The position numbers and the translations under genes were made by a program. DNA of 64,000 bases from an uncultured Clostridia bacterium (GTDB lineage: Bacteria > Bacillota > Clostridia > Christensenellales > Borkfalkiaceae), in assembly GCA_944341895.1 (NCBI GenBank), contig CALVMB010000001.1, positions 53,677-117,676 on the forward strand, given 5' to 3'. This document shows, in pieces, positions 20,835-30,200 of this stretch (within the stretch, counting starts at the first letter, position 1; each line of letters begins with the position of its first letter). A model generated the notes under the pieces. The model did no database searches. It had not been told where the DNA came from and saw only the letters and a list, made by a program, of their open reading frames with translations.

Positions 20835-21452
20835 TCACAGCAAGACGGTGACCGTTCTGCCGCGCTTGACGAGTTTGCCCGTCGCAAGCAGTTTCACCGC
20901 TTCGGGCAAAGCCTTGTGCTCCTCTTCGAGGATGCGCGCCTGCAGCGATTCGGGCGTGTCGCCCTCCTCGACGGGAACGGCGCGCTGCAGGATGATGGCG
21001 CCGCTGTCGTATTCTTCGTCCACGAAATGGACGGTCAGCCCCGACACCTTGACGCCGTACTCGATGGCGGCGCGGTGCACGTTCAGCCCGTAATACCCCT
21101 TTCCGCAGAAACTGGGGATGAGGGAAGGATGGATGTTGATGATGCGGTCGGGAAAGGCGCGCACCAGCGACGGGGAGATCATGGAAAGATAGCCCGCCAG
21201 CACGATGTAGTCGACGCCGCGCGCGCGGAGAACGTCCACGATGTCGGCGTACATGGCCTCGACGGACGCAAAATCCTTTTTGTTGCGCACGATCGCCTCG
21301 ATGCCGTGCTTTTTGGCGCGCTCGATGGCGAAGATCCCCTCTTTCGAGGCGACGAGCAGGGAAATTTCGCAAAACTTTTCCCGCTCGTTGGCATCGATGA
21401 TCGACTGAAAATCGCTGCCCGAACCGCTGGCAAAGACCGCGATCTTTTTCAC
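20835..21452 (-). CDS. purN: Phosphoribosylglycinamide formyltransferase
   Basis: ASGSGS, LAGYL, INIHPSLIP, VHFVDEEYDSG. Confidence 0.96.
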   Translation of the reverse strand: MKKIAVFASGSGSDFQSIIDANEREKFCEISLLVASKEGIFAIERAKKHGIEAIVRNKKDFASVEAMYADIVDVLRARGVDYIVLAGYLSMISPSLVRAFPDRIINIHPSLIPSFCGKGYYGLNVHRAAIEYGVKVSGLTVHFVDEEYDSGAIILQRAVPVEEGDTPESLQARILEEEHKALPEAVKLLATGKLVKRGRTVTVLL

Positions 21453-22477
21453 AGCAGCGTTACCCCTTTGCCCGCGACCGTTTCGCCGATCTCATACGCC
21501 TGCTCGCCCGAAGCCTGCAACGCGGCGATCGTGGCGGCGACGTCTTCCTTCGCCACGCACACGACCATGCCGATGCCCATGTTGAATGTGTTGTACAACT
21601 GTTCGTCCGACGCGCCCGAAAGTTCGCGCAGGATGTCGAAGATGGGAAGCATGGGATAGGAATCCCTGCGGATGACGCACCCCACCCCTTCGGGGAAGAT
21701 GCGCGGGATGTTCTCGATGAACCCGCCGCCCGTGATGTGCGCGATGCCCTTGACCTTGACTTTGGAGATGAGGCCGAGGATGCTCTTCACATAGATGCGG
21801 GTGGGCGTGAGCAGGACGTTGAGCACCTTGTCTTTGAGGCGGTCGTCGTAGCGGTCGAGATCGTGCGAAAAATCGCTGTCCCCGAACAGGCGGCGCGCCA
21901 GCGAATAGCCGTTGGAATGGATGCCGCTGGACGCGATGCCGACCAGCGCGTCGCCCGGGCGGATATCCTTGCCGTTGATGACGTCCGCTTTGTCCACGAT
22001 GCCCACGGCAAAGCCCGCGATATCGTACTCGCCGTCGGGATAAAACCCTGGCATTTCCGCCGTTTCGCCGCCGATGAGCGCACAGCCGGACCGGCGGCAG
22101 CCCTCCGCCACACCGGAAACGACGGTGGCGACCGTCTCGGGCGAAAGTTTGCCCGTCGCGAAATAGTCGAGGAAAAAGAGGGGCTTGGCGCCCTGGCAGA
22201 CGATGTCGTTGACGCACATGGCGACGGCGTCGATGCCGATGGTGTCGTGCTTGTTCGCCAGGAAAGCGTATTTGAGTTTGGTGCCGACGCCGTCCGTGCC
22301 CGCGACGAGCACGGGCTCTTTCATTCTTTCGCCCGCAATGGAATAGAACCCGCCGAACGAACCGATGTCGCCGAGCACATTCTCGTTGAACGTGGTCTTG
22401 ACGTGCTTTTTCATCAGTTCGACCGCTTTATAGCCGCGTTCGACGTCCACCCCGCTGTCCTTGTAAGAAATTGCCAT
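21449..22477 (-). CDS. purM: AIR synthetase
   Basis: TDGVGTK, GGETAEMP, GIHSNGYS, AHITGGG, TFNMGIG. Confidence 0.97.
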   Translation of the reverse strand: MAISYKDSGVDVERGYKAVELMKKHVKTTFNENVLGDIGSFGGFYSIAGERMKEPVLVAGTDGVGTKLKYAFLANKHDTIGIDAVAMCVNDIVCQGAKPLFFLDYFATGKLSPETVATVVSGVAEGCRRSGCALIGGETAEMPGFYPDGEYDIAGFAVGIVDKADVINGKDIRPGDALVGIASSGIHSNGYSLARRLFGDSDFSHDLDRYDDRLKDKVLNVLLTPTRIYVKSILGLISKVKVKGIAHITGGGFIENIPRIFPEGVGCVIRRDSYPMLPIFDILRELSGASDEQLYNTFNMGIGMVVCVAKEDVAATIAALQASGEQAYEIGETVAGKGVTLL

Positions 22478-22490
22478 GATGATCTCCCGC

Positions 22491-23198
22491 TTATTTGCCC
22501 GTCAGGCGCGCGAACACTTCTTTATACGCGTCCTCGACGCCGCCCATGTCGCGGCGGAAACGGTCTTTGTCCAGTTTCTCACCCGTGGTCATGTCCCAGA
22601 AACGGCAGGTATCGGGCGAGATCTCGTCCGCGAGGATGATCTGCCCCTTGAATCTGCCGAACTCGAGTTTGAAGTCGATGAGGTCGATGTTCAGCGTCTT
22701 GAAAAACTCTTTCATGACGTCGTTGACCTTGTGCGCCATCTTGCGGATGGTGTCGATCTCGGCGGGCGTCGCCAGTTCCATGGCGAGCGCGTGATCGTCG
22801 TTGATGAGCGGATCGCCGAGGTCGTCGTTTTTATAACTGAACTCGAGCACGGTCACGGGAAGTTTTTTGCCCTCGGGAACGCCGTAGCGCTTGGAGAAAC
22901 TGCCCGCCGCCGTGTTGCGGATGATGACTTCCAGCGGCACGATCTGCACCTTTTTCACCGCCGTTTCGCGGTCGGAAAGTTCCTCAACGAAATGCGTCGG
23001 GATGCCGTGCCGTTCCATGATCTGAAACATCATGTTGCTCATCTTGTTGTTGATGACGCCTTTGCCAGCGATGGTGCCCTTTTTCAGGCCGTTGAACGCC
23101 GTCGCGTCGTCCTTATAGTCGACGATCACGATGTCCGGATCGTCCGTCGCTCATACCTTTTTTGCTTTTCCTTCGTACAACTGTTCGAGTTTTTTCAT
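22491..23198 (-). pseudogene. purC: SAICAR synthetase interrupted by an in-frame TGA at codon 16
   Basis: [34 protein letters not shown] continues in one frame to [15 protein letters not shown] and DKDRFR; TGA at 23151-23153. The gene identity is certain; whether it is a pseudogene is not. Confidence 0.7.
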
Positions 23199-23241
23199 GA
23201 TCCTTCCTCCGAAAAATGATCTCAAAATGTATCTTTGCGCG

Positions 23242-23739
23242 TCACAGCGATGCGAGTTCGTTTTGCAGTGCGGCGTCGTCCGCGGCGATCTTTTTCGCCA
23301 TGTTCGCCTTGTATTCTTCCAGTTTGCGGGACAGTTCCGCGTCGCCAAGCGCCAGCATCTGCAGCGCGAGCAGACCCGCGTTTTCGCCGCCGTTGACGCC
23401 CACCGTCGCCACGGGGATGCCCGAAGGCATCTGGACGATGGAAAGCAAACTGTCCAGCCCGCCCATCATGTCCGTCTTGACGGGGAGCCCGATGACGGGC
23501 AGCGTCGTATACGCCGCGATCACCCCGCCCAGGTGCGCCGCTTTGCCCGCCGCGCAGATGATGACGCCGACGCCGCGCGCTTTTGCGCCCGCCGCGAAGG
23601 CATGCGCCTCGTCGGGGGTGCGGTGCGCCGAAATGACGCGCACTTCCGTTTCCGCGCCGAACTGCCTGAGCACTTTGACCGCGGGCGCGACCACGGGAAG
23701 ATCGGATTTGCTCCCCATCAGGATCGCTACTTTTGCCAT
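23242..23739 (-). CDS. purE: N5-CAIR mutase
   Basis: MGSKSD, SAHRTP, AGKAAHL, QMPSGIPVAT. Confidence 0.96.
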   Translation of the reverse strand: MAKVAILMGSKSDLPVVAPAVKVLRQFGAETEVRVISAHRTPDEAHAFAAGAKARGVGVIICAAGKAAHLGGVIAAYTTLPVIGLPVKTDMMGGLDSLLSIVQMPSGIPVATVGVNGGENAGLLALQMLALGDAELSRKLEEYKANMAKKIAADDAALQNELASL

Positions 23740-23813
23740 ATATTCTGTACCTCCGCTCACGATTTTTCATGAAATGCGCCCCGCCTGCACATACTGCGTG
23801 CGAGGTGGAACCC

Positions 23814-24116
23814 ATGGCGATATTACCCTATATTCTGCTTGCCGTCTATCTGCTCGCCGTCAACTTTTACGCCCTGCAACTGGTGCGCACGCTCAAACGC
23901 AAGACCGCGGAGCGGGGCGCCGACCCGAAGGCGGGCAACGGAAAATTGTTTGTGGCGGGGATTCTGGGCGGAGCGGTCGGCGCGTACGTGACGATGCTCG
24001 TGACCCGCTACAAGACGGACAGCCTTTTGCCGATGATCGCGCTTCCCCTGCTCGCCGTCTGCAACGTCTATCTCGTCTGGACGCTCCTGCGCAGCGGGAT
24101 CCTTGTGATCGCATAA
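23814..24116 (+). CDS. Small membrane protein, DUF1294-like
   Basis: Three hydrophobic segments, LGGAVGAY..M...RYKT signature; SD GAGGTG; sigE-like TCATGAA...CATACTG upstream. Confidence 0.65.
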   Translation: MAILPYILLAVYLLAVNFYALQLVRTLKRKTAERGADPKAGNGKLFVAGILGGAVGAYVTMLVTRYKTDSLLPMIALPLLAVCNVYLVWTLLRSGILVIA

Positions 24117-24316
24117 AAAAAGCAGGCCGCAAAGGGCGCAAAGCGCCGTTTACGGTCTGCTTGCCGTATTCTTGCCCCGAAAACGGTGCGAGAGAACGCC
24201 CCTGCGGCAGCGCAGGGTGAACAAGGATGTAACGAACGTTCTTTCGGTCATCGCCATTTCCTCTTCGGCAGGTTGCGCGGGCACGCCGCAAGGCGCGAAC
24301 GCCTGCCCGACCCGCC
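24115..24316 (-). ncRNA. Candidate ~200-nt structured RNA (6S-like or cis-regulatory)
   Basis: TG-TATACT promoter (24322-24327), no credible ORF, several hairpins, long terminator with U7. GGCGUUCG...AACGGCGC closing stem and CACCCUGCG/CGCAGGG hairpin resemble Firmicute 6S. Confidence 0.45.
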
Positions 24317-24425
24317 TATTCAGTATACCACAACCGCGCCGTTTTCCAAACTGTTTGCGCGCCGTTTTCGCAAAAAATTTTTCGGACGCACCGCGCCCGC
24401 AGGGATCCCTGCGGGCGCGAAGCAT

Positions 24426-25091
24426 TCAGTCTTTTTTATCTTCGGGTGTGTTTTCGATGCGGCCGGACGGCTCGCTTGCACCGCGCTCCGCTTTGAGCAG
24501 GTCGCGGATCTCGACAAGCAGCGCCACCACCTCGGGCGGGAACGCATCCGCCGACGGTGCGTCGGGGGCGCTCTGCGCGGCGGACGCTTGGGCGGGCGTT
24601 GCGGGGGCTTGGGCAGGCGCCTCGGCGGGTATGTCCGCCGCGGACGCTTCGGGCGCGGGATCATCCGTTCCCCGCCGTTCCCTCCATTCTTCCTCGATGC
24701 GTGACCTGAACTTTTCCGCTTCTTCGGCGATGCGGGACTTGGCGCGGCGGACGATGCGCAGAACGAGGAAGATGACGAACGCGTCGATGAGGAAGGTCAG
24801 GATCGCCATGAGCAGGTTGCCGTAATTCAGCGTGATCGCCTCCCGCAGCACTTCACCCGTCGCGGGGTCGAGTTCCGCCGCCCGCAACACGACGATCAGT
24901 TCGCTGAAATCGCCGCCGACGAGCAGCGCGATGAGCGGCTTGATGATGTCGTTGACCATGCTGTTCACGATCGCCGTGAACGCCGCGCCGACGACCACCG
25001 CGACCGCCAGATCGACGATGTTGCCGCGCGAGATGAACGCCTTGAAATCCTTCCAGAACGTGCTTTTGTTTCTCTCTTTGCGCGCTTTCAT
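24426..25091 (-). CDS. mscL: Large-conductance mechanosensitive channel with an extended C-terminal linker
   Basis: [40 protein letters not shown]. Confidence 0.92.
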   Translation of the reverse strand: MKARKERNKSTFWKDFKAFISRGNIVDLAVAVVVGAAFTAIVNSMVNDIIKPLIALLVGGDFSELIVVLRAAELDPATGEVLREAITLNYGNLLMAILTFLIDAFVIFLVLRIVRRAKSRIAEEAEKFRSRIEEEWRERRGTDDPAPEASAADIPAEAPAQAPATPAQASAAQSAPDAPSADAFPPEVVALLVEIRDLLKAERGASEPSGRIENTPEDKKD

Positions 25092-25113
25092 AGTCTCCTT
25101 GCCTCGCTTGTTC

Positions 25114-25944
25114 TTATATGTATTTTTCGAGATTGGCGAGCAAAAATTTTGCCACCGCATCCTCTTCCGAATAGCCGATGACGCCCGTCGCGATCTCTTT
25201 GAGGTCTTCGTCCGCATTGGCGACGGCGTAACTTTCGTCGGCGGCGAGGAACAGTTCGCGGTCGTTGTGCGCGTCGCCGAACACGACCAGACGGTCGACG
25301 CCGAGCAACTCTTTCAGGCGCGCGGCCGCCGCGCCCTTCGACGTATCGGCGGGCATGATCTCGCACCAGTAATCGCTCTGATACGTCTCGCGCTCGTAAA
25401 TACACTTCATGTCCAGGCTGGAAACGACCGCCTCGTGCAGGCCGTCCAGCCGCTCCTTTTCGTCGATGCAGGTAAAATAGAAAATATCGTCGCCGCGCAG
25501 TTCCTCGCGCTCGTGCACCGGGTGCAGGCGGATATCGCCGCGGCGGCGGTCCAGATAACGCATCACGCCCGCAGTTTCCTTACCTTCCATCCAGGAGACG
25601 CGCTCCACGCCGCCGCGGAAGGAATACACCAGCGGCCACACGTCGTACAACGCGAACTGCTCTTTGAGAAAGGACAGTTGCCCCTTGTTGAAGTGATTGT
25701 TGTGCAGAACGCGCTTGCTCTGCGGCTCCATGATGAGCGCGCCGTTGTACAGGATGACGGGCAGGTTCTGCCGCAGTCCCCAGCATGCCTTGGCGGCGGA
25801 ATTGAGCGACCGCGCCGTGGCATAGGTAAAGAGAAGCCCTTCTTCGTCCACCAGTCGGTTGATGTGTTCGAGACTGTAAGCGGAAACCGTTTCGTTCGCC
25901 GTCAGCAACGTCCCGTCCAGATCGGATATGAACAGCGTTTTCAA
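25114..25944 (-). CDS. Cof-type HAD hydrolase
   Basis: DLDGTLL, ATAR, NGA, SKG, FGDAHND motifs. Confidence 0.9.
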   Translation of the reverse strand: MKTLFISDLDGTLLTANETVSAYSLEHINRLVDEEGLLFTYATARSLNSAAKACWGLRQNLPVILYNGALIMEPQSKRVLHNNHFNKGQLSFLKEQFALYDVWPLVYSFRGGVERVSWMEGKETAGVMRYLDRRRGDIRLHPVHEREELRGDDIFYFTCIDEKERLDGLHEAVVSSLDMKCIYERETYQSDYWCEIMPADTSKGAAAARLKELLGVDRLVVFGDAHNDRELFLAADESYAVANADEDLKEIATGVIGYSEEDAVAKFLLANLEKYI

Positions 25945-26190
25945 AATACACCACCTGCTTTCCCGTTGGCGCGGTTGCGCGGCAACGGCACTTTCGATGC
26001 CCTTTCAGTATACCACACCGACGCCGTTTGCGCAAGGCAATTTTTGGCCGACGCCTGTATTTTTTGTCTTTTTATGCCAAGGGCGGAAAAAAGCCCCGCG
26101 GCAGATCTTTTCGGGCGCGCAGAACGCCCTGCGGCGGGCCGCGCCGAACGGACAAAGCGCCTCGGGCAAAAGCGCGAGGCGTCGCAAAAA

Positions 26191-26871
26191 TCAGTCCGTT
26201 TTGCCGCGTTCGCCCATGAGCGCCGCGAGCAGTTGCGTTTTGAAAGCCGAAGGCTGGCCGTATGCGCGGGGGACATCCCCTTCCGCGCGCAGGTCGCAGA
26301 CGACCTTGCCGCCGCTGAGCACGAGGGCGCGGTGGGAGAGCATGCACGCCTCCTCCGCGTCGTGCGTAACGAACAGCGCCGTTCTGCGTTCCGCCCGCCA
26401 CAACTCGCAAAACAGCCCGATCAGGCGGATCTTCAGCGCCGTATCCAGCGAAGAAAAGGGCTCGTCCATGAGGATGCGCGGCGCGGGGTGCAGAAAGGCG
26501 CGCGCGACGGAGACACGCTGTGCCTGCCCGCCCGAAAGTTCGACGGGATAGGCGTCCGCCTTGTCCGCGAGCCCGACCCGCTCCAGCATTTCCGCCACCT
26601 TGGCACGGTCGCGGCAGACGAGCAGAAGGTTCCCCGCCGCCGTGAGATTGGGCACAAGGCGGGGCTGCTGAAAGATGTACGAGCAGTCCGCCCGCGGGGA
26701 AATGCGCCCCTCATACGGACACAGCCCCGAGATCATGTTCAGAAGGGTGGTCTTGCCGCACCCGCTCTCGCCGAGGATGCAGGTGATCTCCCCTTCGCGG
26801 ATATCGAGATCGAAGCGGTCGTACACGGTCAGATCGGCGTACCGCTTGGTGACGCCGCGCAGTTCAATCAT
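26191..26871 (-). CDS. ABC transporter ATPase (NitT/TauT type)
   Basis: GESGCGKT, LSGGQAQR, LMDEPFSSLD, VTHD. Confidence 0.92.
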   Translation of the reverse strand: MIELRGVTKRYADLTVYDRFDLDIREGEITCILGESGCGKTTLLNMISGLCPYEGRISPRADCSYIFQQPRLVPNLTAAGNLLLVCRDRAKVAEMLERVGLADKADAYPVELSGGQAQRVSVARAFLHPAPRILMDEPFSSLDTALKIRLIGLFCELWRAERRTALFVTHDAEEACMLSHRALVLSGGKVVCDLRAEGDVPRAYGQPSAFKTQLLAALMGERGKTD

Positions 26872-27661
26872 GGTTCCGCCTCCCTTTCGCGTTCCGCCCC
26901 GCCGTCCAGCGGTCGGTGATGCGGCTGAGATTGCCCAGTGCAAACTCGAGCAGTCCGCCCGCCGCGAGCATGACGATGGTCAGCGCAAACATGTCGGCGA
27001 TCTGCAGATACACCGATGCATCCTGCATCATGCCGCCGATCGAGCGGAAGGTGCTTGCGAGCACTTCCGCCGAGATCATGACTTTGAGGGAGAGGGAAAG
27101 ATTTGCTCCCGCCTGCGCAAACACCGAAGGAAGCATCTGCGGCACGCAGATGCGAAAGAGCACGTCCCGCCTGCCGATGCGGTAGACGCGCGCCATTTCG
27201 AACAATTTCGGGTCGATGCCGCGGTATGCCGCCATGAGTTGGGCGTACGTGAGCGGAAAAAGCATCAGAAACGCCACGATGAGCGGCGCCGTGCGCGGCG
27301 TCGTCCAGATGAGGAGCATGAGCGTGATCGCCATGGTAGGCACCGTGCGCAAAACGCTGACCACGGGCGCGAGAAAGCGCGCGAACGCGCGGCTGAGCGC
27401 GCTCAGGCCCGCACAGGCGACCGCGAGCAGAAAGGACAGCAGCCACGCCGCGACGGAGCGCCCCATCGTGTTGCCGAAGGACTGCCAGAACTGTGCGGAC
27501 ACAAAGTTTCTGCCGATCGCCGCGACGGTATCGCCCGCCGACGGCACGACGTATTCGTTGCGCACGCATGCCCAGGCGATCAGCCATGCCGCCCACATGA
27601 GCGCGACCGCCAGCACGGAAAACAGGATATAAAGTTTACGGTCGGCGGTCGCCTGTTTCAT
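26864..27661 (-). CDS. ABC transporter permease (NitT/TauT type)
   Basis: Multiple TM helices; EAA-like loop EMARVY; VMISAEVL. Confidence 0.9.
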   Translation of the reverse strand: MKQATADRKLYILFSVLAVALMWAAWLIAWACVRNEYVVPSAGDTVAAIGRNFVSAQFWQSFGNTMGRSVAAWLLSFLLAVACAGLSALSRAFARFLAPVVSVLRTVPTMAITLMLLIWTTPRTAPLIVAFLMLFPLTYAQLMAAYRGIDPKLFEMARVYRIGRRDVLFRICVPQMLPSVFAQAGANLSLSLKVMISAEVLASTFRSIGGMMQDASVYLQIADMFALTIVMLAAGGLLEFALGNLSRITDRWTAGRNAKGRRNHD

Positions 27662-27670
27662 CGCAGTGCA

Positions 27671-28705
27671 TCAACCTTCATGGAAAAATTCATCGGAAAC
27701 GGCAAACGTCTTGCCCGCGACTTCCGAAAGCGCGGAGAGAAAGGCATTGACTTCCGCCTTGCAATCCGCCGCCGCGGCAAAGCGGACGGCACAGCGCTCG
27801 ATGACGCCCTTGTTCAAATTCTGAACGGTCAGATTGCCTTTCGCGCCGCTCGGCAGGTGCGCCGACACGGCGGCGACGATGCTTTCCACCGACGTCGTTT
27901 CCGCCTTGACCCAGTCGGCATTGGCTTTGACCGCCGCGATGAGCGCCTCGACGAACGCGGAATGGCTCTCGATGAGCGACGTTTTGGCGACGAGCACCGC
28001 CTGCGGATAGCCGCCCTCGCCGTACAGCGCCTGCAGATCGCCGACGTTGACCAGGCGCATGCCTTCCGCGTTGGAAGCGGTGGCATTCACCTTGGTGGTG
28101 ACGACGGGTTCCGCCGCGACCATGTAATCATACTCCGCCGCAGGCGTGATGCCCGCCGCGGGATCGGCGATGTTGAGGATGTTGACCTGATCCGCCGACG
28201 CCTGCGAGACATCCTCGATGACGGCGTACGGGATATCGTTTTTCGCCAGCACGAGTTTGAGCGTCAGCCCGACGACATTGCTCAACTGGATGCATCCCAC
28301 CGTTTTGCCGACGAGAAGTTCGGAAAGATTGTCCGCCGACAATGCCGTTTCGGGATGTTTTGCAGACAGGAAATAGATGTTGCCGTGCGTGACGGTGCCG
28401 AGCATGCGATACGTCATGCCGCTGCCCATCGTCTGCGCCGCCAGGTTGACGGGCAGAACGCACACGTCCGCCTGCGGTTCTTCGCCGCCGATATAGGTCT
28501 GGATGGTGGTCGAATCGACGACGTTGTAGTCCACTTCGCCGCCGAACTGCATCTCCTCACTCATCAGTTGCGCCATCGCGAGCGCGGGCGCGCCGTCCGG
28601 CATATACACGCTGACCTTGGCGGGTTCCTTGTCGCAGGCGGCAAACAGCGCCGAACCCGTGACCAGCAAGAGCGCGGACAGCAAAACAGTCAAAAGCCTC
28701 TTCAT
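27671..28705 (-). CDS. ABC substrate-binding lipoprotein (SsuA/THI5/NMT1-like)
   Basis: Lipobox FAAC; PDGAPALA, LPVNLAA, AEP and YPQA motifs; operon with permease and ATPase. Confidence 0.85.
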   Translation of the reverse strand: MKRLLTVLLSALLLVTGSALFAACDKEPAKVSVYMPDGAPALAMAQLMSEEMQFGGEVDYNVVDSTTIQTYIGGEEPQADVCVLPVNLAAQTMGSGMTYRMLGTVTHGNIYFLSAKHPETALSADNLSELLVGKTVGCIQLSNVVGLTLKLVLAKNDIPYAVIEDVSQASADQVNILNIADPAAGITPAAEYDYMVAAEPVVTTKVNATASNAEGMRLVNVGDLQALYGEGGYPQAVLVAKTSLIESHSAFVEALIAAVKANADWVKAETTSVESIVAAVSAHLPSGAKGNLTVQNLNKGVIERCAVRFAAAADCKAEVNAFLSALSEVAGKTFAVSDEFFHEG

Positions 28706-28749
28706 TTTGTATGATCTCCTGAACGGAACGGACAAATTTTCCGCGCCGC

Positions 28750-28896
28750 AAAAAAATGCCTCCTTTTTGACACGGCAAAAAGGAGGACAAAAACCTCAGC
28801 GAGTTCTCTTTCCCCCTTTGCCGTCGGGACGCACCCTCCGACGCAGGCTTCCATTCCGAACGGGGAAAGTATACCGCATCCGCCGCAAAAAGGCAA
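28750..28896 (-). promoter_or_regulatory. sigA promoter plus structured leader with mutually exclusive terminator and antiterminator
   Basis: TTGCCT-17-TATACT; terminator CCUCCUUUUUG/CAAAAAGGAGG-U7 (28750-28786); GGCAAAGGGGGA (28811-28822) is complementary to its 5' arm. Confidence 0.7.
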
Positions 28897-28970
28897 GCAA
28901 AACGCGGCGCTTTCGGATACCGCGCCGCAAACGGACGCATATTTTTCCGCAGGCGGCACAAACTGGCGGT

Positions 28971-29192
28971 ATGATGAAACGCATCCTCGTTCTTTCGCTG
29001 ACGGCGGTATTCCTCGCCGCGGCACTGCTCGTTTTGTACAACTTCACCATGCAGCGGCATACCGCCGACGTCTCCGCGTTTTTTGCGCAGCAGCCGATCC
29101 CCTTGCCCCGCCGCGAAGAAAAACCCGCCCTGCCGCCGCTGCCCGCGCCGCGTTCGGCGCCCCGCCCGCAGCCGCGCACGGAAACGATCTGA
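28971..29192 (+). CDS. Small protein with an N-terminal TM/signal helix and Pro-rich tail
   Basis: MMKRILVLSLTAVFLAAALLVLY...; sigE-like GCATATT...CAAACT just upstream; no SD. Confidence 0.55.
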   Translation: MMKRILVLSLTAVFLAAALLVLYNFTMQRHTADVSAFFAQQPIPLPRREEKPALPPLPAPRSAPRPQPRTETI

Positions 29193-29323
29193 CGCGCGGC
29201 AAGAGCCCGACACGGAAATCACGCGCACGAACGTTCCGCCGCATAAATAACGCGCGCGGAAGGGCAGGCGCGCCCCGCAACGAACACAGCCCCGCCGAAC
29301 GGCGGGGCTGTACTTGCTTTTGG

Positions 29324-30169
29324 CTACATATTGCGGAGCACTTCGCGGTAGATCTCCCTGTCTTTATCCAGAAACACGTCAAAGACGATGCGCATGTCGC
29401 TGCCCGATTCCATCAGCCAGTGCCGCACGGCGCCGACGGCGATCGCCGCCGCTTCGTCGCTCGGAAAGCCGAAAATGCCCGTCGAGACACAGCAGAACGC
29501 GACCGTCTTCAACCCCATCGCGCGGGCGAGATTGAGACAGGAAACGTAGCAGCCGCGCAACACCCTGCCGTCCTCTTCCGAGGCGGACAGCCCCGTCATG
29601 GGTCCGACGGTGTGCAGGATGTATTTGGACGGGAGATTGTATGCGCGCGTGATCTTGGCACAGCCCGCGGGTTCCGCCTCGCCCTGCGCGCCCATGATGC
29701 GCGAGCAGTCCAGCCGCACCTGCACCCCCGCGCGGGAGTGGATGACGTTGTCGATGCACTTGTGGTGCGGAATGAAACAGCCGAGCAGCGAACTGTTCGC
29801 CGCATTGACGACGGCGTCCGCGTTGAGGCGGGTGATATCCCCCTGCCAGAGCGCGATGTTCCCCTCGTACGAAAGCCCGTCCGCATCCACGATCCCGTTT
29901 TCCGCCGTCTCCGAGCGGAACAGGCGATCCTGGATCTCCAAAAACCGTGCGGAGACGGGATTGGGCAGGCGCTGGTTCAGATATCCCCAGATGAGTTCGC
30001 GCTTGGCCTTGTACGGGTAACTGAACGCGGCGATCTCGTTGCGTTCTTCGAGCAGGACGCCGAGCATCTCGTCGCAGATGTCGCTCTTTTCCGCCTCCGA
30101 GATGATCTCGTACGGGCGGGGCGTATAGTCCAGATCGATCAACGACCGGTATTCGTTCAGCGTCAGCAT
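29324..30169 (-). CDS. Protein-ADP-ribose hydrolase (Zn-type macrodomain)
   Basis: WQGDIT, AVVNAAN, GCFIPHHKCIDNVIHSRAG Zn loop, LHTVGP, CCVSTGIFGFP. Confidence 0.9.
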   Translation of the reverse strand: MLTLNEYRSLIDLDYTPRPYEIISEAEKSDICDEMLGVLLEERNEIAAFSYPYKAKRELIWGYLNQRLPNPVSARFLEIQDRLFRSETAENGIVDADGLSYEGNIALWQGDITRLNADAVVNAANSSLLGCFIPHHKCIDNVIHSRAGVQVRLDCSRIMGAQGEAEPAGCAKITRAYNLPSKYILHTVGPMTGLSASEEDGRVLRGCYVSCLNLARAMGLKTVAFCCVSTGIFGFPSDEAAAIAVGAVRHWLMESGSDMRIVFDVFLDKDREIYREVLRNM

Positions 30170-30200
30170 GCCCGACCTCCCCTCTGCGCCCGCGGGCGCA

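Noticed and set aside
23151-23153. Genome-wide UGA reassignment or a selenoprotein PurC
   Set aside because: TGA terminates many genes in this window, and the position is not a Cys site.
24140-24180. Purine riboswitch suggested by CCGUAAA and AAUACGG near the pur operon
   Set aside because: The UUUCUAC junction and the P1-P3 architecture are missing.
25941-26276. Short ORFs in the HAD-ABC intergenic gap
   Set aside because: No SD or motifs; the region is explained by a terminator and a TG-TATACT promoter.
28805-28870. SMK (SAM-III) box suggested by UUCCC...GGGGGAA
   Set aside because: The UUCCCC lies between the -10 box and the likely +1, the CUUGUAACC core is absent, and control appears transcriptional.
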